Origin: an uncultured bacterium
GTDB taxonomy: Bacteria; B130-G9
Assembly (NCBI GenBank): GCA_965372715.1
Contig: CBDVDH010000009.1
Location: 1-64,000, forward strand
Direction: 5' to 3'
DNA: 64,000 nt
Shown: piece after piece, positions 55,951 through 64,000 of the stretch
How positions within the stretch are numbered: position 1 is the first letter of the stretch
How the letters are laid out: every line of letters begins with the position of its first letter
Notes under the pieces: model-generated
Seen by the model: the letters and a program-made list of their open reading frames with translations, nothing else
What the model was told of the DNA's origin: nothing
The model's database searches: none
Translations under genes and position numbers: made by a program

Positions 55951-58900
55951 GTTCCCATTCGACTTGTGAAATCGAGCTGATCAGGCTGAAGGATTCGGCA
56001 TCCGAGAACGCGGCAAACCACGTGTATTTGCCGGCCGGGAACAGGTTCAGTTTCTCGCTGAACAGGACGACCGGCCAGACATCAGCGAACATCGGCAGCT
56101 CATAGTTGTCGAAATAAGGTGCAAACACGGGGGACAATTCCGCGCCAAAGAGGAATGAACCGTCCGGCGTCTGAAGCGCGACGTAAAGGTCTAGCGTTTT
56201 GAAAAGCCCGTCGTTCTTGAACCTTGCCGTCAGCACTTGCGTCTCGCCCTCACCATAAACAGGATACGTCCCGCCAAGCGAGAGGTCGATCTCAGGCCTT
56301 ATGTCGATCTTCGTAACGAGCGGCAGCGAAGCCATCACATCCTCGCCCTGTCCGTGCCATGTCATGTATGCGCGCCAGACATACTCGCCGGGCCCGAAGC
56401 CCTCAGGAATTGTCACGCTTGCGAGCTCGTGGTCACGAACCTGGAAGCCGCCTACAACGTCGAAGTCTGAAACGTAAGGCGCGGGGTCTGTGCTGAAATC
56501 AGGCAGATACAACACGCTGCCGTTCGGCAGGATAAGGTTCACGTAGAGGTCCACGCCATACAGCGTGTATCCGCGGTTGTAGCACGAGAGCGAGACACTC
56601 AAAGCATCTCCCGGATAGAACACACGGCCGTTGCTCTCGAGCTCGAGCGACATCTTCAGCGTGGCAGCAACGCCGGTTCCCGAGAGGGCAACCTCAGCCT
56701 CAGGATGCTCGGGATCGTTCGACACGATTGTCATCGTGCCCTCAACAAATCCAGCATCCGTTGGTGTGAACACGACCGGCAGGAACGCACCCGTCCAGGA
56801 ATCCATCGTAATCGGAGTTAACACGCTGCAAATAAACACAGGATTGTCAACCGAAATGCTCTCGATCGTCAGCGGCGCCTCGCCCTGATTCGCTACAAAC
56901 AGCCCCGACCAGAATGCACTGATCCCGACCTGAGTATCGCCGAAATCATAGGACGCGTGTGAGATCGAGATCTCCGGATATAGAATCCTGTATTGCGTTC
57001 TGGAGTCCGCGGAAGTAGGCGGCTGCTCAACGTTCCCTGCCGCGTCGCTCGCGATCGTGTAGAACTCGTAGTAGCCTTCGCCGTGCGTGGCCTCAAATAA
57101 GAAGAAGCTCTCCTGGCCCGCGGCTACTACCAATAAGCCGGTGTCGGCCCAGTCAGTCCAGCCGCCGCTAAGCGAGGCAGTATATCGATACCACAGCGCG
57201 ACCGACTCGATCGGGCTGAGAATGTCAGTAGCTGCGAAGCCAACCGTGACCGCCGTCGCGTTGACCTCCGTCGGAGAATCTGCTGAGGAGAATGGTGAGG
57301 TCGTATCGAACACCGCGGCGGCGTCAGGGACAGACGGAACGGCCTCACGGTTGCCGAAGTTGTCCTCCGCGATCGAATAGAACTCATAGGCGCCGTCCCC
57401 TTCAATCGGAACGAAATCAAAGACCCCTATCGTGGCTCCTGTAACCCAAAGGCCGGTATCCTTGTATGCACCCCCGCCAACGCGATACCAGAGCCGCACT
57501 GACCCAACGCCAACGCCCTTGTCTGAGGCGGTAAACGCCACGTAAAGCGGCGACTCATTCGTGTATTCGACATCGACCGAAACCCTCGACTCCGCCGGGA
57601 TGTTGTCAAATACGGTCACTGCCGCAACAGTGGCCCCAGTAGTCGGCGCCAGCTCAGTGTTGCCGCAATAATCGGCCGCTGTCGTCCAGAACGAGTAGGT
57701 CCCGACTCCGTCGGGAGGAACGAAATCAATCGTCCCGGATGTGGCCTGCTCCCGATAGCCTGACTTGCCCCAGAGCCGATCCTCGTAGCGATACCAAAGA
57801 TCGACATACTTGACGCCGCTCATCGCATCCCACGCGCTGAACGACACCGGAATAGTGTCGCCCGTCACGATGTCCGGCGAGGCAACGCTCGAACTCGGCA
57901 AGGTTGTGTCATAGAAGCTGAATGCATCCGGCGCCGTAGGCGCAAGCTCTTGCCAACCTGCATTGTTGGTAGCAATCGTGTAGAACTCATACCTGCCCTC
58001 GCCGTCGGGCGCGGTTAACTCGAATATGCCCCAAGGTCTGAGCGGCGTCGTCCCCGGCTCCGCCTCCTGCCAGTCGCCGTCCTCAAATCGGTACCAGAGT
58101 GAGACCGATGCAATACCGGTATCAGTGTCCACGGCGCTGAACCTGACGTTCAACGGCAGCTTTGTGGTATAAGGCGCGCAAGAGCAACTGGACGTCGGTC
58201 TGCTCGTATCGTAGAAACAGCTGCCATCGGGAAGGGCAGGCGCGGCCTCCACGTTCCCAGCCTTGTCAATGCCTATTGTGTAGAAGTCATACTTCCCATG
58301 CCCGTGCGTCAACGTTACAGCAATCGTGCCCCGTGTTCCCGTAGCGGCATAGCCGGTGTCGAACCAGGCGCCGCGGCTGTAGCGGCACCACAGCTTAACG
58401 GAATCGAGCCCGGAGTATTGGTCAACAGCTGTGTACCCGACATCTATCAACGCGTCGATCGCGTATTCCGGAACCATGGCTTGCGTCATCGGCACCGCCC
58501 TATCAAAGGCCGTCGAAGTATCCGCAACGGCAGGCACTGCCTCGACATTGCCCGCAAGGTCGCGCCCAATCGTGTAGAAACTGTAAACACCGCCGGTTAC
58601 GTCAGCGTGGTATATGAACTCACCAGAGGTCAGAGCGGCCTTCTCATCGACCTTCTGCCAACCGTAAACCTCGTATCGCGCCCAGAGCTCAACTGCCGCA
58701 ATGCCGATACCCACATCTGAGGCCTCGAACTCCACAACTATCGGCGAGGCCGTCGTCCAAGCGGGCGCCGTAGCCATCGTCTGTGGGGCCGCCCTATCAA
58801 GGAAACCGCTGCAGTCAGCGTGCCCATCCCAGGCCTGCACGTTGCCAGCGGCGTCCGCCGCAGCCGTATAGAACGCGTATCGGCCATCGCCTTCTGCCGG

Positions 58901-61900
58901 CGTAAATAGGAAGACTCCCATACCGACGGGCAGCGAAAGCCCAGTCGATAGCCAGCCCATGCCCCCGTAGTTGTAATAAAGCTCGACCGAAGCAAGGTCA
59001 GAGCCCGTCCCGTCAGCGACGAAACTGACCGCCAACGGCTGCTCGCGGAACGTGCTTTCGCAAGAACACTGCGAAGTCGGCGAAGTAACGTCGTAGGCGA
59101 CCTTTGTCAGGACCTTGCTCGCCGCAGTCTCCTCGTTGCCAGCCATATCGGTCCCGATCGTGTAGAAATCGTATATCCCGGGACCCTCGCTAGGCGTGAA
59201 CGAGAATGTGCCTGTCTCGCTGCCCGCCGAAAGCCCCGTGCTCATCCACGGCCCAACGTTGAACCGGTAGAAGAGTAAAACCGTCGCAATCGGAGCGCCT
59301 GAAAGCTGGCCCGGTTCGACGCACGCGAAATTGAGCTCAATTGGCAGGACGCTAACGCCCGTCGGACCATCAAGCTGCGTCAATGGGGCGGTGCTATCAA
59401 ATAGCGTAGAATCATCAGCCTCGACCGGCGTCACCTCAACGAAGCCGGCGTTATCGGTCGCAATCGTGTAGAAGAAGTAACTGCCTTCACCAATCAACGG
59501 CAGGTAATCGAACGTGCCCGCGGCATCTGGGGAGGTAAGACCTGTGGCCTCCCACGCGCCTGCCGCCCCGAATTTGACCCAAAGCCCCACGTTGGCGATG
59601 CCAGAGGCGTTGTCAACCGCCGCGAACGAGACCGCAATTGGCGCTGAGTTCGAGTACTCGGCAACTGAGGCTGAGGACTCTGGAGCAGTCGCGTCATAGA
59701 CCGTCGTCGTATCAACGACTGGCGGCTGGCCACCTTGACCCGGCCTCGGCTCCTCGTTGCCCGCCTTGTCCAGCGCAATTGTGAAGAGGCCATAGCTCCC
59801 CTCGAGGCCACCTGGCGGGTCGAATGATATTGAGTCAAGAGGCGCCGTGCCATAATCACCCGTGTATTCCTGCCAGGCGCCCGCATCCAGCTTATACCAC
59901 AGGACTATCGTATCAAGCCCAGCCGGGCCATTGTCTATCGCCAAGTAGGCCACGTCGAACGGGACGCTCGTTACAATGCCCGGCGAGGCGCATGAGGACG
60001 ATGGCGCCGTTCTATCATAGACCGTCGCAACCTTCGCCGACAAAGGCGTCACCTCTGCCTCTACATTGCCAAGATTGTCGGTTGAGAGCGTGTAGAATTC
60101 GTAAGTTCCCTCGACATCCGCGGGCTCGAAGAGGAACTCGCCTGCTGCCCCTGCAACGGGAGTTCCAAATTGCCCAAACGGTCCGCCGTCCAGATTGTAG
60201 TAAAGAGCGGTGCTCGCCACGCCGGACACATTATCCAACGCCGCGAAGCTCACAACTATCGGCAGCGAGTTCGCATACTCAGGCGCCGTAACCGTCGATG
60301 CAGGCGGTGTTACGTCAAACGTCGTAATGGCATCGGCGTAGGCCGGTCTGGCCTCAAGATTGCCGCACCAATCGACCGATACAGTGTAGAAGTGGTATAT
60401 GCCCTCGCCGGCCATCACGAAGTCGATTGTGCCTGACGTGCCAAGATAGTCGCCGAACTTCTCGTATCGATCGCTGCTTTCGCTGAACCACAGCTCCGTG
60501 TAAGCCACACCCGCCGTCGCATCCGTCGCTATCCAGGTTATCTCGATATTCACTTCAGCCGTCTCGGCCGGCGCCGAGCAGACCGACTCTGGCGCGGTCC
60601 AGTCAACGACCGTTATCGCATCGGGATAGAGGTCAGGAGCGTCCTCGGAATTGCCGCAATTGTCAGTCGAGATCGTGTAGAACCCGACCACACCCTCAAA
60701 GTCAGAAGGAGCGATCGGCCAGACGAATTGACCTGACGTGCCAGTCTCTATCAGGCCGGTGGCCTCCCATGCCCCTTCGTCAAGCCTGGCCCAGAGCTCT
60801 GTGCTCGCTACACCAGAAAGCGTGTCGCCCACAGTAAATGAGACGACGATCTGCTCGAAGTCCTCCGCACACGCGGGTGATTCACAGCTCGAAGCAGGCG
60901 GCGTCGCATCATACAGTGTTGTGCTGTCTGAAATCGCGCCAGGATATGCCTCCCAGTTGCTGGCCGAATCCCTGGCGCGCGTAGCGAACTCATAGGTTCC
61001 CTCTTGCGACGGCACAAACGCAAACGTACCGGATGCCGCAAAAATGTGGTTCCAATAGAGCCAGCCACCACCGTTGTACCTATAATAGAGGTAAACTGAA
61101 TACACACCCGCAGGACCCGCATCCGTAGCAGCGAAGTCAACATCGATGCTAGGCCCGGTGACGCAGTATGGCGATGTCGCGCTCGAGACCGGGGCCTGAG
61201 TATCATAGACGACTGTGCAATCGGGCGCATATCTATGGGCCTCCGAATTGCCGGCTACATCAGTCGATACGGTATAGAACTCGTAGGCGCCGTCGCCGAA
61301 TGGCGGATCAAACATATACGTTCCGGACTCGCCGCTCTGTGTATGACCACTTGCCCACGTCCAGCTGCCGCCGTTCACCCGGAAAACAAGACCCGTAGTG
61401 TCAACGCCAGAGACATTGCCAGTGCCATCCGAGGCAACAAAATCAACTGGCACCGGGACATACGCCGCGTTGACATAGCTGTAAGCGCACGAGCAGCTTG
61501 ACTGAGGCGCCGTAGTATCGACCAGCGTTGTGTCGTCAGGCGTTGCCGCTGGGTCTTCCACGTTGCCCCAGTTGTCCTCGGCTATCGTGAAGAATCCGTA
61601 AAGCCCGTCGCCGTCCAGCGCTGTGAAATCGAAGGTGCCGGAAAGGATGTTGGTGTCAAGCGCCTCAAGCCCCGAGTGCTTCCAGGGCCCGCCGTCAAGG
61701 TTATACCACAGGCCGACCAGCACGACGCCATTGCCGACCGGGTCAGATGACGTGAAGTCAACCGCCATAGTGGTGCTTGCCACCAGGTCAGGCGCGCCGC
61801 CGATGCAGTCAGACCACGGCTTAGACACATCCCAAACCGTCTCTGAATCTGGAGGCGTTACAGGCGCCGCCTCGACGTTGCCTGCTTCGTCCGTGGCCAT

Positions 61901-64000
61901 CGTATAGAAGCCATAAGTGCCCTGCCCAGACGGCGGATCGAACACGAAGTATCCAGACGTCCCCGTCTGATGCTCTGCATACAAGTCGTATGCCCCCCCA
62001 CCGTTGAAGTTGTGCCAGAGGGCTACATCCGCAATGCCCGACCCCGAATCAGACGCCACGAAGCCGACCACTATCGGCAGGTCTTCCACATAGGCCGTAG
62101 AATCGCAAAGGGACGTTGGATCGACCGAGTCGTGCAGGCACGAGCTATCAGCCACCCATGGCCATGGCGGTGTCTCGGAAGTTGCATCCGTCTGTATGGC
62201 GACCGTGAAGAAGTCATACAGCGCGTTAGCGACCGGATAGTCGAAGTAGATCGTCCCAGATGTGCCCGTGCCGTGGGAGTCGGTGTATTTGTGCCAGCTG
62301 GTGTAATCGGGGCCCACATAGCGTCGCCAATAGAGCCAGACTGTGTCGATCGTGGCGCCCGAAGGAGCGGACGCGGTGTATGCAACGGGTATATTTGGCC
62401 CGTTCCAAAGCGCAGGCGCGAGCCCGAACGAAGATGGCTCGGATGATGTGTAAGCCGTCCAGCAATCGCACTCTGAAGGCGCAGCCTCGATGTTTCCTGC
62501 CACGTCGCTCGCTACGGTGTAGAACTGATAGAGCCCGTCGCCAAACGTTGGGTCAAACCTGAACCTGTCACTTGTGGCCTCAGAGAACATGCCGCTGTCC
62601 TGCCAGCCTATGGTCCAAGTTGTTCCGTAATCAGCAGAATACCTCACCCAGAGCGCGACGCTCTCAAACGTACCCGTGGCATCCGCCGCCTCGAAATCGA
62701 CATCGAAGGGAGCGCTGACCGTTACGGTAGCGCAAGTGCATTCAGAGCTCGGCGCCACGTCATCATAGGTCGTCTCGCAATCCGCGACACTCGGCGTCTC
62801 CTGATTGCCGCTGTTATCCGTCGCGAGCGTCCTGAGCTGATACGTGCCCGGGCCCTCCACGGGCACGAAGTCAAACGTCCCGGACGCAGTAGTCTCGCAG
62901 AAGCCCGAATCCTGCCAGCCTGCGCCCTCGTAGTTATACTGCAGGCAAACCTCCGCTATGCCGCTCGAAGGCGAATCAAGCGCCGCAAACCGAACGGGTA
63001 TCGGTGAGCTAATGCTGTATTCAGCGCAGAAGCACGACGATTCTGGCTCCTGAGCGTCGTATATCGTTACAATGTCGTGGGTAGATTTAAAACCTTCCAC
63101 GTTAGCCGCGTTATCCACCGCCTGCGTGAAGAGGTAGTAATCACCCTCGCCGTAAGGCAGGCTCACCGCAATGGTTCCCACTGTGGAATCGCCAGTGTCA
63201 CCGAGCCACGGTACCCAACCACCGGCGCCGAAGCGATACCAGACGCCAACGATCGCCACGCCAGAGAGATCGTCCGAGGCCACGTATTCGACATCGATGT
63301 CCGGAACAGCTGTGTAAAGCGGCCCGGTTGCCGATGAGGTCGGCTCCTGAAGGTCATAGAGGATGGTGTAGAAATCGTCCGTTGGCGCCGACTCCCAATT
63401 CCCCGCATTGTCCTGAGCAATCGTGTAGAACTCGTAGGTTCCGGCTCCGTGATGAGCCCAGAAGAGGAACTCGCCGTCAGTGGCTGTCTTCGTGTGACCT
63501 GAAAATGCCCAGAAACCGCCGTTGAAGCGATAATACAGATAGACAATGTTGATGCCGGACACCTCATCTGACGCGGTATAATAGACCGGTATCGGGGTGC
63601 TGCTGTAAGCTTGAGGGTCAGCATTAGGGTCAGGGATGATACTGGAAACCGGGGGCGTAACATCGTAGCAAACAGATGTGTCAGCACTCCCCGGCGGCGC
63701 CTCAACGTTGCCGAAGTTATCGGTCCCGATCGTGTAGAACTCCACAATGGCCTCTGTCGCGACGAAACTGAACCAGCCGGCGCCCGTCGCAGGATTGAGA
63801 TGCCTGAGCCCTGAATAACCCCACGGGGAATTGGCCTCAGCATATCGATACCAGAGATCGACGTAGGCGACGCCGCTGTAATTGTCCGTCGCCGTGAAGC
63901 CGACCACGACGTTTGGACTGCTCGTGTAATACTGCGGGATCGGATCGGCGGCTGAAACAGGCGCCGTCCCGTCATACACAGTTATGTCATCTGGCCCCGC
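55943..64000 (-). CDS. Giant repetitive surface protein (5' end off window): at least 23 ~100-aa Ig-like repeats, a choice-of-anchor-D/ASH-like domain and two C-terminal domains
   Basis: Frame stays open to the window edge. Repeat P.S....V.F.A.D..SG...V.LWYR...G.W.....G.F.F....G.YEFYT.A.D.AGN.E; then DFG...G....N.G.A.L.I.....FTP...G.....I.SNDP......LSG.G. Confidence 0.9.
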   Translation of the reverse strand, partial: AGPDDITVYDGTAPVSAADPIPQYYTSSPNVVVGFTATDNYSGVAYVDLWYRYAEANSPWGYSGLRHLNPATGAGWFSFVATEAIVEFYTIGTDNFGNVEAPPGSADTSVCYDVTPPVSSIIPDPNADPQAYSSTPIPVYYTASDEVSGINIVYLYYRFNGGFWAFSGHTKTATDGEFLFWAHHGAGTYEFYTIAQDNAGNWESAPTDDFYTILYDLQEPTSSATGPLYTAVPDIDVEYVASDDLSGVAIVGVWYRFGAGGWVPWLGDTGDSTVGTIAVSLPYGEGDYYLFTQAVDNAANVEGFKSTHDIVTIYDAQEPESSCFCAEYSISSPIPVRFAALDSPSSGIAEVCLQYNYEGAGWQDSGFCETTASGTFDFVPVEGPGTYQLRTLATDNSGNQETPSVADCETTYDDVAPSSECTCATVTVSAPFDVDFEAADATGTFESVALWVRYSADYGTTWTIGWQDSGMFSEATSDRFRFDPTFGDGLYQFYTVASDVAGNIEAAPSECDCWTAYTSSEPSSFGLAPALWNGPNIPVAYTASAPSGATIDTVWLYWRRYVGPDYTSWHKYTDSHGTGTSGTIYFDYPVANALYDFFTVAIQTDATSETPPWPWVADSSCLHDSVDPTSLCDSTAYVEDLPIVVGFVASDSGSGIADVALWHNFNGGGAYDLYAEHQTGTSGYFVFDPPSGQGTYGFYTMATDEAGNVEAAPVTPPDSETVWDVSKPWSDCIGGAPDLVASTTMAVDFTSSDPVGNGVVLVGLWYNLDGGPWKHSGLEALDTNILSGTFDFTALDGDGLYGFFTIAEDNWGNVEDPAATPDDTTLVDTTAPQSSCSCAYSYVNAAYVPVPVDFVASDGTGNVSGVDTTGLVFRVNGGSWTWASGHTQSGESGTYMFDPPFGDGAYEFYTVSTDVAGNSEAHRYAPDCTVVYDTQAPVSSATSPYCVTGPSIDVDFAATDAGPAGVYSVYLYYRYNGGGWLYWNHIFAASGTFAFVPSQEGTYEFATRARDSASNWEAYPGAISDSTTLYDATPPASSCESPACAEDFEQIVVSFTVGDTLSGVASTELWARLDEGAWEATGLIETGTSGQFVWPIAPSDFEGVVGFYTISTDNCGNSEDAPDLYPDAITVVDWTAPESVCSAPAETAEVNIEITWIATDATAGVAYTELWFSESSDRYEKFGDYLGTSGTIDFVMAGEGIYHFYTVSVDWCGNLEARPAYADAITTFDVTPPASTVTAPEYANSLPIVVSFAALDNVSGVASTALYYNLDGGPFGQFGTPVAGAAGEFLFEPADVEGTYEFYTLSTDNLGNVEAEVTPLSAKVATVYDRTAPSSSCASPGIVTSVPFDVAYLAIDNGPAGLDTIVLWYKLDAGAWQEYTGDYGTAPLDSISFDPPGGLEGSYGLFTIALDKAGNEEPRPGQGGQPPVVDTTTVYDATAPESSASVAEYSNSAPIAVSFAAVDNASGIANVGLWVKFGAAGAWEATGLTSPDAAGTFDYLPLIGEGSYFFYTIATDNAGFVEVTPVEADDSTLFDSTAPLTQLDGPTGVSVLPIELNFACVEPGQLSGAPIATVLLFYRFNVGPWMSTGLSAGSETGTFSFTPSEGPGIYDFYTIGTDMAGNEETAASKVLTKVAYDVTSPTSQCSCESTFREQPLAVSFVADGTGSDLASVELYYNYGGMGWLSTGLSLPVGMGVFLFTPAEGDGRYAFYTAAADAAGNVQAWDGHADCSGFLDRAAPQTMATAPAWTTASPIVVEFEASDVGIGIAAVELWARYEVYGWQKVDEKAALTSGEFIYHADVTGGVYSFYTIGRDLAGNVEAVPAVADTSTAFDRAVPMTQAMVPEYAIDALIDVGYTAVDQYSGLDSVKLWCRYSRGAWFDTGYAATGTRGTIAVTLTHGHGKYDFYTIGIDKAGNVEAAPALPDGSCFYDTSRPTSSCSCAPYTTKLPLNVRFSAVDTDTGIASVSLWYRFEDGDWQEAEPGTTPLRPWGIFELTAPDGEGRYEFYTIATNNAGWQELAPTAPDAFSFYDTTLPSSSVASPDIVTGDTIPVSFSAWDAMSGVKYVDLWYRYEDRLWGKSGYREQATSGTIDFVPPDGVGTYSFWTTAADYCGNTELAPTTGATVAAVTVFDNIPAESRVSVDVEYTNESPLYVAFTASDKGVGVGSVRLWYRVGGGAYKDTGLWVTGATIGVFDFVPIEGDGAYEFYSIAEDNFGNREAVPSVPDAAAVFDTTSPFSSADSPTEVNATAVTVGFAATDILSPIESVALWYRYTASLSGGWTDWADTGLLVVAAGQESFFLFEATHGEGYYEFYTIASDAAGNVEQPPTSADSRTQYRILYPEISISHASYDFGDTQVGISAFWSGLFVANQGEAPLTIESISVDNPVFICSVLTPITMDSWTGAFLPVVFTPTDAGFVEGTMTIVSNDPEHPEAEVALSGTGVAATLKMSLELESNGRVFYPGDALSVSLSCYNRGYTLYGVDLYVNLILPNGSVLYLPDFSTDPAPYVSDFDVVGGFQVRDHELASVTIPEGFGPGEYVWRAYMTWHGQGEDVMASLPLVTKIDIRPEIDLSLGGTYPVYGEGETQVLTARFKNDGLFKTLDLYVALQTPDGSFLFGAELSPVFAPYFDNYELPMFADVWPVVLFSEKLNLFPAGKYTWFAAFSDAESFSLISSISQVEWELE

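Noticed and set aside
63163-63975. 270-aa alternative-frame ORF and the many other long overlapping or antisense ORFs
   Set aside because: Ser/Arg/Pro-rich shadow frames expected in GC-rich coding DNA, with no motifs.
1-64000. CRISPR array, tRNA, rRNA, prophage or IS
   Set aside because: No regularly spaced repeat-spacer array, cloverleaf, rRNA-like tract, transposase, integrase or phage structural gene recognised.
55943-64000. Classical RTX/type I secreted adhesin
   Set aside because: No GGxGxD repeats, abundant cysteines, and no ABC/MFP genes visible.

Overview
Gene-dense, GC-rich chromosomal window from a diderm, probably anaerobic bacterium. TolC, PBP2/RodA, short-form ThiC and archaeal-type phosphoglycerate mutase point that way. 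The secreted-protein repertoire resembles that of uncultured lineages such as Ca. Coatesbacteria, but this is an impression only. Core genes: apgM (partial), alr, mreD-mrdA-rodA, purE, hsp20, leuS, ftsY, prfA, rpmE, miaB, thiC/thiD, hisC, satP/actP and several glycosyltransferases. Accessory content: (i) four large acidic secreted proteins, namely two DUF1565/beta-helix paralogs, a 2493-aa PQQ-propeller/Ig-repeat protein and a >2680-aa protein with 23 visible Cys-rich repeats coupled to a TolC gene. Three of the four end in the same ~120-aa C-terminal domain, a candidate undescribed sorting/anchoring module. (ii) An ino1 - IPCT/DIPPS - HD-domain operon for di-myo-inositol-phosphate-type solute synthesis. 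(iii) An orphan N4-cytosine-type DNA methyltransferase with a truncated restriction-endonuclease stub fused to a diverged duplicate of the hisC 3' end, plus a similar duplicated-fragment scar of a radical SAM gene flanking a lipoprotein gene. Both scars fit homology-anchored foreign-DNA insertion. (iv) Several families of REP-like palindromes and short tandem repeats. No rRNA, tRNA, CRISPR array, transposase or integrase was recognised. All calls come from motif recognition by eye; no searches were run.
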